Origin: Xanthomonas campestris pv. campestris str. ATCC 33913
Lineage (GTDB): Bacteria > Pseudomonadota > Gammaproteobacteria > Xanthomonadales > Xanthomonadaceae
Assembly: GCF_000007145.1 (NCBI RefSeq)
Contig: NC_003902.1
Span: 3,836,497-3,868,496 of the forward strand
DNA: 32,000 nt
Reading direction: 5' to 3'
Below, piece by piece: positions 1 to 10,068 of this stretch. Every line of letters starts with the position of its first letter. Position 1 is the stretch's first letter. Both the position numbers and the translations under genes were made by a program. A model generated the notes under the pieces. It ran no database searches. It was not told the origin of the DNA and was given only the letters and a program-made list of their open reading frames with translations.

Positions 1-263
1 TGGGTGCGCAGGTCGGGGCTGGCGCCCTGGCCGTCGAACTGCAGGATCAGGCGGCCTGCGCCGTCATCGCCGCGCTTGAAGTCGATCTTGGACACCGCCA
101 GGCTGGCCGGAGCGGTCTTGGCCGGATCCTGCGCAGGCTGGGCCAGCGCGGCGGCGGCAAACGAACTGCCGCTCGCCAGCGCCAGCGCGAACCCCAGCGC
201 GCAGGCCCGGAGCATTGCCTGGCGCCGGACCGGACGCAGGCGCTGGGCGTTGGAAAAAGTCAT
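1..263 (-). CDS. pilQ: Type IV pilus secretin PilQ, N-terminal 87 codons only (gene continues past the left edge)
   Basis: The reverse-strand ATG at 261-263 opens a frame with no stop down to position 1. It reads MTFSNAQRLRPVRRQAMLRACALGFALALASGSSFAAAALAQP (signal-peptide-like), then KIDFKRGDDGAGRLILQFDG, which resembles the AMIN domain of PilQ. It lies 19 nt downstream of pilP on the same strand. It is absent from the ORF track because it runs off the window. Confidence 0.8.
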   Translation of the reverse strand, partial: MTFSNAQRLRPVRRQAMLRACALGFALALASGSSFAAAALAQPAQDPAKTAPASLAVSKIDFKRGDDGAGRLILQFDGQGASPDLRT

Positions 264-282
264 CGTGCTATCCCCTATCACT

Positions 283-816
283 TTATTGATCATCCAATGC
301 GAGCGCGGCAGGCCGTTCCAGCCATCCACCCGCACCGTCCGGTACAAGTTCAATCAGCTCGATGCGGTCTTCGTAGACCCCGGTCACCCGGCCATCGCTC
401 TGCCCCAGATACACACCCGGCCGCACCCGGTAGGTCACCTTGTCAGGTGCCATGACCAATGCGATCAGGCCCGAGCCACCTCCAATGGTCCCCACCATGT
501 CGAGGGCATCGAGCGGGAAGGCTTCCAACGGCTCCTTGCGCCGGTTCGGATCCGGACGCGTGCCATTGCCGCCTTCCGCGCTGACCCAGGCATCGCTGAA
601 CGGGTCGCGCATCACTTGCGCCGCGTATTCAAACGTTTCGAACTGCTGCATCACCGGCAACGGCTCCAGCGGCGGCGCAGGACGCGCGCGCACTTCGGCC
701 ACCCAGGCTTCCAGATTCGGTGCATCGCCCGGGGTGCTGGTCACACCGCGGGTGCATGCCGGCAACACTGCAATTAGCGCCACGCAGGACAGGATCTTGA
801 GCAATTTCATGGTCAT
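283..816 (-). CDS. pilP: Type IV pilus assembly lipoprotein PilP
   Basis: 177-aa ORF. The N-terminus MTMKLLKILSCVALIAVLPAC carries a lipobox (LPAC). Size and position after pilO match PilP. Its ATG overlaps the pilO stop (ATGA at 813-816). Confidence 0.88.
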   Translation of the reverse strand: MTMKLLKILSCVALIAVLPACTRGVTSTPGDAPNLEAWVAEVRARPAPPLEPLPVMQQFETFEYAAQVMRDPFSDAWVSAEGGNGTRPDPNRRKEPLEAFPLDALDMVGTIGGGSGLIALVMAPDKVTYRVRPGVYLGQSDGRVTGVYEDRIELIELVPDGAGGWLERPAALALDDQ

Positions 817-1478
817 TGGCCGCCCTTCTTCGCCGCGTCGGCCGCAGCCTTCTCCTGCTCGGCCATCTCCTCATCGTCCAGATAACGATAGGTCTTGACC
901 GTGCCGGACAGCTCCAGCGCACCCCGTGGGGTGATGCCGGCCTTGGCGTCCTTGGGCTTGAGATTGATGTCGTGCATGGTCAGGATCACCACGCGCGGCA
1001 GCGAGGCCACACCGCTGACGAAGGCGCCGAACTGGTGGTAGCTGCCCACCATGCGCAGGGCGATCGGCTTCTCGGCGTAGAACTCCTTCGGCGATTCCGG
1101 ACCCGGCTGGAACAGCTCGTTGGACAGGCCGCTGGACAGCGCGGTCTGCGAGATGTCGATGATCAGGTCCGGCATTTCGGTCTTGCTGGGCAGCTGGCGC
1201 AGCATCTGCTGCAGCACCTGCTCCATCTGCGCGAGCTGCTGCTTAAGCGGCTCCAGATTCACCGCACGGCCCTGCTGGGTCTCGAACTCGGTGCGCAGCT
1301 GCGTTTCGGTGCCTTCCAGGCCTTCGAGTTCATCGCGCTTGCTGCTGATCAACAGGAACCAGGCCAGCACCATGATGAACAGGCCGACGACCACGCAGAA
1401 CACGATGCGCGCCTGCTGCGGCCAGCCGCCGATGTTGTTGAAGTCCAGATCGCTGAGCTTGAATGATTTCTTACTCAT
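813..1478 (-). CDS. pilO: Type IV pilus inner-membrane alignment protein PilO
   Basis: 221-aa ORF with one N-terminal transmembrane segment (IVFCVVVGLFIMVLAWFLLI) followed by a coiled-coil region, the typical PilO architecture. Its ATGA overlaps the pilN stop (1475-1478). Confidence 0.88.
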   Translation of the reverse strand: MSKKSFKLSDLDFNNIGGWPQQARIVFCVVVGLFIMVLAWFLLISSKRDELEGLEGTETQLRTEFETQQGRAVNLEPLKQQLAQMEQVLQQMLRQLPSKTEMPDLIIDISQTALSSGLSNELFQPGPESPKEFYAEKPIALRMVGSYHQFGAFVSGVASLPRVVILTMHDINLKPKDAKAGITPRGALELSGTVKTYRYLDDEEMAEQEKAAADAAKKGGQ

Positions 1479-2244
1479 GACGCCGCCCCCTCCTGCGGCC
1501 GAGTGGCTTGCGCCGGTGCCGCTTGTGCGGGTGCAGGCGCGGCCGGTGCAGGCGTTGTCGCCGGTGTCGCTGCCGGTGCAGGCGCTGCGCCGGCTGGCGT
1601 GGCCGCCGGGGTTGCGCCCGGTGCCTGGCCGTCAACCGGCGCGGTACCGTTCTTGTCGGCCTCGTTCGGGTTGGCCAGCTTGACCTTCAACGTGAACACG
1701 TACGGCAAGGTCTTGGTGTCCATCGACGAAGCCGCAGGCTGGCCGGCGGCCTTGTCCTGGCTCTTGGCCTCGATGATCGACAGGTCCGGATTGGTCATCC
1801 AGCCCGAGCCTTCCAGGTTGCGCATGTAGGCACTGACGCGCGCGTTGGACTGCGAGCGCCCTTCCAGCGTGAGGATGTCGCCATCCTGCTTGATGTTGGT
1901 CAGCGCCACGCCATCGGGAATGGTGCGCACCAGCGAATCGAACAGGTGCACCATCTGCGAGCGATTGGCCTGCAGCTCCTCGATGACCTTCTTGCGGGCC
2001 AGCAGGCGGTCCTTCTTCTTGTCGAGTTCCTTGATCTCTTCGTTCTGGGCCTTGACCTTGTCGATCTCGGTGGTCAGAAACGCGTTGCGCTCGGTCTGCC
2101 CGCTGATCTGCCCGTCGTAGTAGAACCAGATCAGCGCCGACAACACCACGCCAGCGAGCGCGGCGAAGCCGAGCATCGAATAGAACTCACGCTCGCGCGC
2201 CTTCCGACGCTCGGCGCGCCAGGGCAATAGATTGATTCTTGCCA

Positions 2245-2245
<1 letters not shown>
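1475..2245 (-). CDS. pilN: Type IV pilus alignment protein PilN, with a long Pro/Ala-rich C-terminal tail
   Basis: 256-aa ORF starting MARINLLPWRAERRKAREREF, the conserved PilN N-terminal INLLPWR motif that binds PilM. A transmembrane segment follows. The start overlaps the pilM stop by 1 nt (TGATG). Confidence 0.9.
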
Positions 2246-3381
<1,136 letters not shown>

Positions 3382-3518
3382 CCCCTTCACGCACGAAGCA
3401 ATGGCTCCATGACGTGACCCCAGTGGTGTCTTCTGCGATCCCCAGAGTTCGGCCCCAGCCAAACCCGGCGTCATCTATACTCTGTGACCAAGAAATCTGC
3501 AATCGGAATCTCTCTTAC

Positions 3519-5945
3519 ATGCCCCGTATTCGCCGTTGGCTGGGCTGGATCCTGGCCACGCTCGTCGTGCTTGCCGTGCTTGGTGCTATTGCCGCCGGCG
3601 GCTTGTACTACGCCATTTCCTCCAAGTTGCCGGACGTGCAATCGCTCAAGCAGGTCGAACTGCAGGAGCCGATGTACGTGTACTCGAGCGATGGCCGGCT
3701 GATGGCCGTCTATGGCGAGACGCGCCGGTATCCCATCCAGATGAAGGAGGTTCCGGAGCGGCTCAAGCAGGCGTTCCTGGCCACCGAGGATGCGCGCTTC
3801 TACGAGCATGGCGGCGTGGACTACAAGGGCATCGCCCGCGCGGTGTGGCTGCTGGCCAGTACTGACGCCAAGCGTGTGCCGGGGGGCTCGACCATCACCC
3901 AGCAGGTGGCCCGGCAGTTCTTCCTCAATTCCGAATACAGCTACACCCGCAAGCTGGCCGAGATCCTGCTGGCGCGCAAGATCGAGGGCGAGCTGACCAA
4001 GGACGAGATCTTCGAGCTGTATTTGAACAAGAGCTTCTTCGGTAACCGCGCGTACGGCGTGGGTGCTGCAGCCGAGTACTACTACGGCAAGAAGATGGCC
4101 GACCTGAGCCTGGACGAGATGGCCTCTCTGGCCGGCATCCCCAAGTTCCCGTCCAGCGGCAACCCGATCAGCAACCCCGAGCGCGCGCGCGAACGCCGCG
4201 ACTACTACGTGCTGCAGCGCATGGCCGACCTGGGCTTTGTCACCCAGGCCGAGGCCGACGCGGCCAAGGCGGTGCCGATGCACGCCAAGCCGCACGAGCC
4301 GCCGGTGGAGGTCTATGCCCCATACGTGGCCGAGCTGGTGCGCCAGGAAATGATCGCCAAGTACGGCGGCGACGTGCTCAACAAGGGCTACCACGTCACC
4401 ACCACCATCGATTCCACCTTGCAGACCGGCGCCGATGCGGCGGTTGCCGAAGGCCTGCGCCTGTACGACCACCGCCATGGCTGGCACGGCGTGGAGCAGC
4501 ATTTCGATGTCGCCGCCGATGCGGATGCGCCGGCCCTGGCCAAGCATCTGTCGGGCGTGTTCACCCAAGGCGGCCTGCGCGCCGTGATCGTGGCGCGCAC
4601 CAACGCCGACGGCGGTGTGACCGTCGTACAGAGCGACAAGACCGAGCTGACCTTGCCGGCCAGCGCCAGCCGCTGGACCAACAAGACCCCGGCCAAGCTG
4701 CTGACCCGCGGCGATCTGACACGCATCCGTGCCGGCGAAAAGGACGGCGAGTGGATCATCGATCAGCTGCCGCGCGGCCAGGCCGCGCTGGTGTCGCTGG
4801 ACGCCAACAGTGGCGCGCTGCGCGCCTTGGTCGGCGGCTTTAGTTTTGCCGGCAACAAGTTCAACCGCGCCACCCAGGCACGGCGCCAGCCGGGCTCGAG
4901 CTTCAAGCCGTTCGTGTATGCGGCGGCCTTCGAGAAGGGCTTCAACCCGGCCTCGATTGTGCTGGATGCACCGGTGGTGTTCCGCGACCGCCGCGGCAAG
5001 ACCTGGTCGCCGCAGAACGATGGCGGCGGCTTCCGTGGGCCGATGCGCCTGCGTGAGGCGCTGGTGCAGTCGCGCAATCTGGTGTCGGTGCGCTTGCTGG
5101 ATGCGATCAGCGTCGATTTCGCACGCAAGTACATCAGCCAGTTCGGCTTCCAGGAAGCCGAGCTGCCGCCCAATCTGTCGATGTCGCTGGGCACCGCATC
5201 ACTGACGCCGCTGTCGGTGGCGCGCGGTTACGCGGTGTTCGCCAATGGCGGCTCGCGCGTGGACACCTGGATCGTGGACGAGGTGAAGGACCGCGACGGC
5301 AATGTGGTCTTCAAGGAAGTGCCCGCCGTGGCCTGCCGCACCTGCGCTACACAGGGCGGCACCGCCGCCCCGGTCAGCCAGGTGGTGGACGGCTTCAACT
5401 TCGGCGCGCCTGCGCTGCCCAAGTCGATCGAGCCAGCCGCCGCGACCCCTGCCACGCCTGCGGAAACTACCCCGGCAGCCACCGCCGAAACCAAGATCGC
5501 GCCGCGCGCCATCGACGAGCGCACTGCGTATCAGCTGGTTTCGATGATGCGCGACGTGGTCCAGCGCGGCACCGGCACTGCGGCCAAGGTGCTGGGACGC
5601 GAGGATGTGGGTGGCAAGACCGGCTCCACCAACGATCACCGCGACGCCTGGTTCTCCGGCTTTGGCGGCCCCTACGCCACCACTGTGTGGGTTGGTCGCG
5701 ACGACTTCCGCTCGCTGGGGTATCGCGAATACGGCGGCAAGGCCGCGCTGCCGATCTGGATCGACTACATGCGCGTGGCCTTGAAGGACAAGCCGATCGC
5801 GGCAAACGACCCGCCCGATGGCATGACCCAGGCCACCATCAATGGCGCGGTGGAGTGGGTCAAGAACGAAGACCTCGACCGTCTGCAGGATTACGACTAC
5901 GGTCTGCAGGAACAGCAGGACGAGAAGGCATTCGACATCTTCTAA
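3519..5945 (+). CDS. mrcA: Bifunctional penicillin-binding protein 1A (glycosyltransferase/transpeptidase)
   Basis: The ORF track frame is 3375..5945. The likely start is the ATG at 3519 ([22 protein letters not shown], a membrane anchor). The GT51 motif is present ([14 protein letters not shown]). The transpeptidase motifs SSFK, SRN and KTGST are all present. It is divergent from pilM, as in Pseudomonas. Confidence 0.95.
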   Translation: MPRIRRWLGWILATLVVLAVLGAIAAGGLYYAISSKLPDVQSLKQVELQEPMYVYSSDGRLMAVYGETRRYPIQMKEVPERLKQAFLATEDARFYEHGGVDYKGIARAVWLLASTDAKRVPGGSTITQQVARQFFLNSEYSYTRKLAEILLARKIEGELTKDEIFELYLNKSFFGNRAYGVGAAAEYYYGKKMADLSLDEMASLAGIPKFPSSGNPISNPERARERRDYYVLQRMADLGFVTQAEADAAKAVPMHAKPHEPPVEVYAPYVAELVRQEMIAKYGGDVLNKGYHVTTTIDSTLQTGADAAVAEGLRLYDHRHGWHGVEQHFDVAADADAPALAKHLSGVFTQGGLRAVIVARTNADGGVTVVQSDKTELTLPASASRWTNKTPAKLLTRGDLTRIRAGEKDGEWIIDQLPRGQAALVSLDANSGALRALVGGFSFAGNKFNRATQARRQPGSSFKPFVYAAAFEKGFNPASIVLDAPVVFRDRRGKTWSPQNDGGGFRGPMRLREALVQSRNLVSVRLLDAISVDFARKYISQFGFQEAELPPNLSMSLGTASLTPLSVARGYAVFANGGSRVDTWIVDEVKDRDGNVVFKEVPAVACRTCATQGGTAAPVSQVVDGFNFGAPALPKSIEPAAATPATPAETTPAATAETKIAPRAIDERTAYQLVSMMRDVVQRGTGTAAKVLGREDVGGKTGSTNDHRDAWFSGFGGPYATTVWVGRDDFRSLGYREYGGKAALPIWIDYMRVALKDKPIAANDPPDGMTQATINGAVEWVKNEDLDRLQDYDYGLQEQQDEKAFDIF

Positions 5946-6088
5946 GAGCGGCTAACAAAACGTAGCGAGCAGCCGTCAGGTGGGTGCGGACGGCGCGGAG
6001 GAACCGGAGTGTACGTGGGTACATGAGGATTCCGAGCACCGGCCGCGCCCGCCTGGCGGCTGCGCAGTAGTTTTGATAGCTGCTCTAA
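5943..6088 (+). mobile_element. MITE-like palindromic element, copy A (140-bp core at 5946-6085 flanked by TAA direct repeats)
   Basis: The termini are GAGCGGCTAACAAAACG and AGTTTTGATAGCTGCTC, inverted repeats matching at 14 of 17 positions, and the arms keep pairing imperfectly toward the centre. TAA occurs at 5943-5945 (the ponA stop codon) and again at 6086-6088. A second copy, about 90 percent identical by eye, lies in inverted orientation at 22317-22459. Confidence 0.8.
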
Positions 6089-6113
6089 GCTGTTCCAGAC
6101 GGTGTGATGCCAG

Positions 6114-6146
6114 CAGCGAAGCCCTTGTGGCTCCGCTGTTTTTTTT
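6114..6146 (+). terminator. Rho-independent terminator downstream of ponA
   Basis: CAGCGAAGCC (6114-6123) pairs with GGCTCCGCTG (6129-6138), giving a 10-bp stem with one mismatch and a CTTGT loop. A run of 8 T follows (6139-6146). Confidence 0.7.
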
Positions 6147-6523
6147 GGGCAAGCGATTGATGCGGCGTGACGCTGGGCGTTGCTGATCGGTTGCGATGAC
6201 CTCCACCGCCGTGCCGCGTCTCGCTGCGTTATCGACGCACAGGGCACGCACGCTACCTGGGCCAACTCAGTGCCGGCACTGAACGTCTGCGCGACGCCCC
6301 ACAGCCTATCCGTGCTGCGGACGCCAGCGTTCGCTACGCCTGTATGACCCGCACCGGATGGCTTCATCGCCGCCGCGCGCAGCACCCATGCGATGCCAGC
6401 GCGCGGTAGCCGATCACCTGCCAACGCCGCGTCCAGGCGGCGCTATCGCACCAACGATTGTCATCGGCAACTTCACTACGCTCGTGTAGAGTCGAAGTCA
6501 GGTTCAGACTGGGGAGCCCGGCC

Positions 6524-7174
6524 ATGCATCACGCACGCCAACATGCCGACACGCGCACCCGAGAGCGCCGTCACCGGCTCGCCCATGAGGCCGCCCGACT
6601 GATGGCCGAAGGCGGCATCCGCGATTTCCATCAAGCCAAACTCAAGGCGGCCAGCCGGCTCGGCATCCACGACGATGCATCACTGCCACGCAACCGCGAG
6701 ATCGAAGACGCGCTGCGTGAGTATCAACGTCTGTTCGCCGGCCCCGAGCATGGCGTTCGCTTGCGGCAACGGCGCGAGGCCGCACTGCGCGCGCTGGATT
6801 TCCTCAGCCCATTCCAGCCACGGCTGACCGGCCCGGTACTGGACGGCACCGCCGATGCCAATGCGCCGGTGCAAGTGCAGTTGCACAGTGACGATGCCGA
6901 TGCAGTGCAACGATTTCTCGAAGAACACCGTATTCCGGCCGAGGCGCGCACGCGGCGCCTGCGCCTGGATCGCGAACGTAGCGGCGAGTTTCCAGTGTGG
7001 CTGTTCAGTGCGGAAGACCTGACCTTCGACCTGACCGTGCTGCCCTACGACGCACTGCGTCAGGCCCCATTGTCGCAGCTGGACGAAAAACCGATGGCAC
7101 GCGCCTCTGCAGCGCAGTTGCGGCAGTTGCTGGCGGACGAAGAGATCCAGGGTTACGTGCAGCCACTGCGGTAA
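6524..7174 (+). CDS. Conserved hypothetical protein (216 aa) with a basic helical N-terminus and a possible degenerate nucleotidyltransferase-like core
   Basis: The ORF track frame is 6458..7174. I prefer the ATG at 6524 because GGGGAG (6511-6516) lies 7 nt upstream. Codon usage is consistent with neighbouring genes. I do not recognise a characterised family. Confidence 0.7.
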   Translation: MHHARQHADTRTRERRHRLAHEAARLMAEGGIRDFHQAKLKAASRLGIHDDASLPRNREIEDALREYQRLFAGPEHGVRLRQRREAALRALDFLSPFQPRLTGPVLDGTADANAPVQVQLHSDDADAVQRFLEEHRIPAEARTRRLRLDRERSGEFPVWLFSAEDLTFDLTVLPYDALRQAPLSQLDEKPMARASAAQLRQLLADEEIQGYVQPLR

Positions 7175-7246
7175 GCAGCAGACCGCACCATTGCATCGCG
7201 CCAGGACCGGCCCGGCACTGCCCACAGCACTCCAGGCCGCAACGCA

Positions 7247-7271
7247 AAACGCCCCGCAATGCGGGGCGTTT
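7247..7271. terminator. Bidirectional hairpin terminator between the convergent hypothetical gene and gltA
   Basis: AAACGCCCCGC, AAT, GCGGGGCGTTT form a perfect GC-rich stem. The T-run is better on the minus strand (TTTTGCGTT), so it mainly serves gltA. On the plus strand it is followed by only TTT. Confidence 0.7.
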
Positions 7272-7296
7272 GGTCAAACAACCAACTCCGGGGCGC

Positions 7297-8586
7297 TTAG
7301 CGCTTGCCGGCGTCGGTGTAGTCGCGCTTGTCGTAGCCGGTGTAGATCTGGCGCGGACGGCCGATCTTCATTTCCGGGTCGACCTGCTGCTCCAGCCAAT
7401 GCGACACCCAGCCGGCGGTGCGGGCAATGGCGAACATCACGGTGAACATTTCCACCGGGATATTGAGCGCCTTGTAGATGAGGCCCGAGTAGAAGTCCAC
7501 GTTCGGGTACAGCTTGCGCTGCACGAAGTAGTCGTCCTTCAACGCGGCTTCTTCCAGCTTCAGGGCAACTTCCAGCAGCGGGTCGTTGACACCCAGCTCG
7601 CCCAGCACCTTGTGGGTCATCTCGCGGATGATCTTGGCGCGCGGGTCGAAGTTCTTGTAGACGCGGTGACCGAAGCCCATCAGACGGAACGAGGAGTTCT
7701 TGTCCTTGGCCTTGGCCACGGCGGACTCGACGTTGTCAGCGGTACCGATCTCTTCCAGCATCTTCAGCACGGCTTCGTTGGCGCCACCGTGTGCCGGGCC
7801 CCACAGCGCGGTGATACCGGCTGCCACGGACGCGTACGGGTTGGCACCGGTCGAACCGACCAGACGCACGGTCGAGGTGGAGGCGTTCTGCTCGTGATCG
7901 GCGTGCAGGATGAACAGCAGATCCAGTGCCTTGGCAACGACCGGGTTGATCTCCAGCGGCTCGCTCGGCACTTCGAACATCATGTGCAGGAAGCGGTCGA
8001 CGTAGTTCAGGTTGTTGCGCGGATAGCGGATCGGCCAGCCGATCGAGTAACGGTACGCCGCAGCAGCCAGGGTCGGCACCTTGGCGATCAGACGGATGGC
8101 GGCCTGACGGCGCTGCTCCGGATCGTTGAGGTCCAGGGTGTCGTGGTAGAACGCCGACAGCGAGGCCACCGAACCGGCCAGCATGGCCATCGGGTGCGCA
8201 TCGTGGCGGAAACCGCCGAGGAAGTTCTTCAGCGACTCGTGCATCATCGTGTGATGCGTCACTTCGTGGTCGAACTTCTTGAATTCGTCCGCCGTCGGCA
8301 ATTCGCCGTTCATCAGCAGATACGAAACTTCCAGGAAGCTGGACTTCTCGGCCAACTGTTCGATCGGGTAGCCGCGGTACAGCAGCACGCCATTGTCGCC
8401 ATCGATGTAGGTGATGGCCGACTTGCAACTGGCGGTGGCGGTGAAGCCCGAGTCGTAGGTGAACAGACCGGTTTCTTTGGTCAGCTTGGAAATATCGACG
8501 CAATCATTGCCCAACGTGGGCTTGAGAACCGGCAGAACGACCGACGTGTCGCCGGCGTTGAGCGTGACCTGATCAAGATCGGACAC
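7297..8586 (-). CDS. gltA: Citrate synthase (type II)
   Basis: The ORF track gives 7297..8655. I prefer the GTG at 8584-8586 ([17 protein letters not shown]), which has GAAGGAG 8 nt upstream and yields 429 aa. Strong citrate synthase signatures are present ([28 protein letters not shown]). Confidence 0.95.
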   Translation of the reverse strand: MSDLDQVTLNAGDTSVVLPVLKPTLGNDCVDISKLTKETGLFTYDSGFTATASCKSAITYIDGDNGVLLYRGYPIEQLAEKSSFLEVSYLLMNGELPTADEFKKFDHEVTHHTMMHESLKNFLGGFRHDAHPMAMLAGSVASLSAFYHDTLDLNDPEQRRQAAIRLIAKVPTLAAAAYRYSIGWPIRYPRNNLNYVDRFLHMMFEVPSEPLEINPVVAKALDLLFILHADHEQNASTSTVRLVGSTGANPYASVAAGITALWGPAHGGANEAVLKMLEEIGTADNVESAVAKAKDKNSSFRLMGFGHRVYKNFDPRAKIIREMTHKVLGELGVNDPLLEVALKLEEAALKDDYFVQRKLYPNVDFYSGLIYKALNIPVEMFTVMFAIARTAGWVSHWLEQQVDPEMKIGRPRQIYTGYDKRDYTDAGKR

Positions 8587-8754
8587 TGTGTACGCTCCTT
8601 CAGTGGAAGGCGCCTGATCCCACATGGGCAGGCACGTGATGGAAGTCCAAGGCATCGCCTCGGATCACGTCATTATCGCACAGCAGCATTTTGGCCGTCG
8701 CTTGGACAGAAGTCGTAGACGCACCCGTGAGGGGCGCAAAAGCGAAGCGGGAAT

Positions 8755-8792
8755 TCCCCAAAAAACAACGGCCGCGCAATGCGCGGCCGTTG
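8755..8792 (-). terminator. Rho-independent terminator downstream of rpmE2
   Basis: CAACGGCCGCGC (8766-8777), AAT, GCGCGGCCGTTG (8781-8792) form a perfect 12-bp stem. On the minus strand it is followed by TTTTTTGGGG. Confidence 0.8.
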
Positions 8793-8815
8793 CCGGTACA
8801 GCCCGTCCTGCAAGC

Positions 8816-9058
8816 TCAGCGCGCGTAGCGCTTCTGGAACTTGTCGATACGGCCGCCGGTGTCGATCACCTTGTGCTTGCCGGTATAGAACGGGTGCGAT
8901 GCGGAGGAGATTTCCACCTTGATCAGCGGATAGTCCTGGCCGTCTTCCCACTTCACGGTCTCTTTCGAGCTCATGGTGGAACGGGTCAGGATCTTGAAAT
9001 CCGAGGTCACGTCGTGGAAGACGACGTCGTTGTAGCTGGGATGAACGTTATCTTTCAT
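8816..9058 (-). CDS. rpmE2: 50S ribosomal protein L31, type B (Cys-less, non-zinc form)
   Basis: 80 aa: [80 protein letters not shown]. It contains no cysteine and has the HPFYTG motif of L31. The 210-aa ORF in the track is an upstream over-extension. Confidence 0.93.
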
Positions 9059-9092
9059 GGACTTGGCGCCGGGCTGCCTGGGTAAGCCGGGC

Positions 9093-9122
9093 ATTATAGC
9101 CACCGCCCGGCACCCGGTGCAA
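9093..9122 (-). promoter_or_regulatory. Candidate sigma70 promoter of rpmE2
   Basis: The reverse strand reads TTGCAC (9122-9117), an 18-nt spacer, then TATAAT (9098-9093). The -10 box ends 34 nt upstream of the ATG. Confidence 0.55.
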
Positions 9123-9129
9123 GCCGGCC

Positions 9130-10068
9130 CTAGCCGGCCGCAAGCGCCTGCCCGACCAGGCCGTAGAAGCGCTGGCGGTCGTAGTCCAGCAACAGGGTGG
9201 CGTTGTCGGCCGCCCCGCCCTGCCGGTTCCAGTCCACCAGGGTCATGCCGCGGGTGTGCGTGCCCGACAGTTCGATGTGCACCGGCCGCTGCTCCAGGCG
9301 CTGCGCGCCGTCCGGCTGCAGGGCGAAGGCCATCGCCAACGCGTCTGCGGCATACCAGTACTCGCCACGACTGTCCTCCGACCACAGCCGGGTCTTGCGC
9401 GAGATTTCTTCGTAGAAGCGCGCACGCGGCGAATCGGCCGCCAGCCACTGCTCCACATCACGGTGCAGCAGGCCGTGCGCGGCGGTCGCCTCCCAATCGG
9501 CCACATCGAACTGGGGAAACCCGCGGAACACGATATGCGCCGCCTCCGGGTCGAAGCCGATATTGAATTCAGCCGCGGCGGTAATGTTGCCGTGCCCGGT
9601 CAGCGCCCCGCCCATCACCACCAGCCGCGCCACACGCTGTGGCAGGGTCGGGTCCAGGGTCAGAGCCAGGGCGAGGTTGGTCAGCGGGCCAAGTGCCACC
9701 AGCAACAACTCGCCTGCATGCACGTGCGACAGCCGCAGGATGGCCAGCGCGGCATGCTCGGCGTCCGCAGCCCGCGCGGCAGGCGGCAGGCCGACATCGC
9801 CGAAGCCGTCGATGCCATGCACATGCGCCGCGTCCACCGACGGGTGCAGCAGCGGTTGCGGGCAGCCCGCATACACCGGCACATCGGCGCGACCGGCCAC
9901 CTCGCACACTTTGAGCGCATTGCGCACGGTGTGCTCCAGACCGACATTGCCTGCGGCGATGGTCAGGCCGACCACGTCATGGCGGGTATCGTTGAACGCC
10001 ATCAGCAGCGCCAGCGCGTCATCCACGCCCGGGTCGGTGTCGATCAGCAGCGGTATCTTTTTTGTCAT
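9130..10068 (-). CDS. Inosine/uridine-preferring nucleoside hydrolase family protein
   Basis: 312 aa. The N-terminal motif [17 protein letters not shown] is the DxDxxxDD calcium/ribose-binding signature of the IUNH family. Confidence 0.9.

Noticed and set aside
4-777. 257-aa plus-strand ORF at the left edge
   Set aside because: It is antisense to pilQ and pilP, both of which have signal-peptide or lipobox features and operon context. It is spurious.
6267-6282. Perfect 16-bp palindrome TCAGTGCCGGCACTGA as a candidate operator
   Set aside because: About one perfect 16-mer palindrome is expected by chance in 32 kb of GC-biased sequence. It has no second copy and is not positioned over a recognisable promoter. 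I mention it only inside the finding on the noncoding gap.
5942-6424. 160-aa minus-strand ORF in the ponA-downstream gap
   Set aside because: It runs through the MITE-like element and the ponA terminator. It has no RBS and implausible composition. I do not consider it a gene.
6997-8718. 573-aa plus-strand ORF covering the whole gltA region
   Set aside because: It is antisense to an unmistakable citrate synthase. Its composition is dominated by R/G/A/V/H/Q, as expected for the reverse frame of a GC-rich gene. It has no RBS and no recognisable domain. This is a high-GC artefact.
9100-9125. GGCAC...TGCA resembling a sigma54 -24/-12 element (CGGCACCCGGTGCAA)
   Set aside because: The GG-to-GC spacing is two bases short of the TGGCAC-N5-TTGC consensus. 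It lies on the plus strand, pointing at no gene, and overlaps the better sigma70-type rpmE2 promoter on the other strand.
9059-9129. Zur operator upstream of the Cys-less L31 gene
   Set aside because: I looked for an AT-rich inverted repeat over the promoter and found none. The region is GC-rich apart from the TATAAT box itself.
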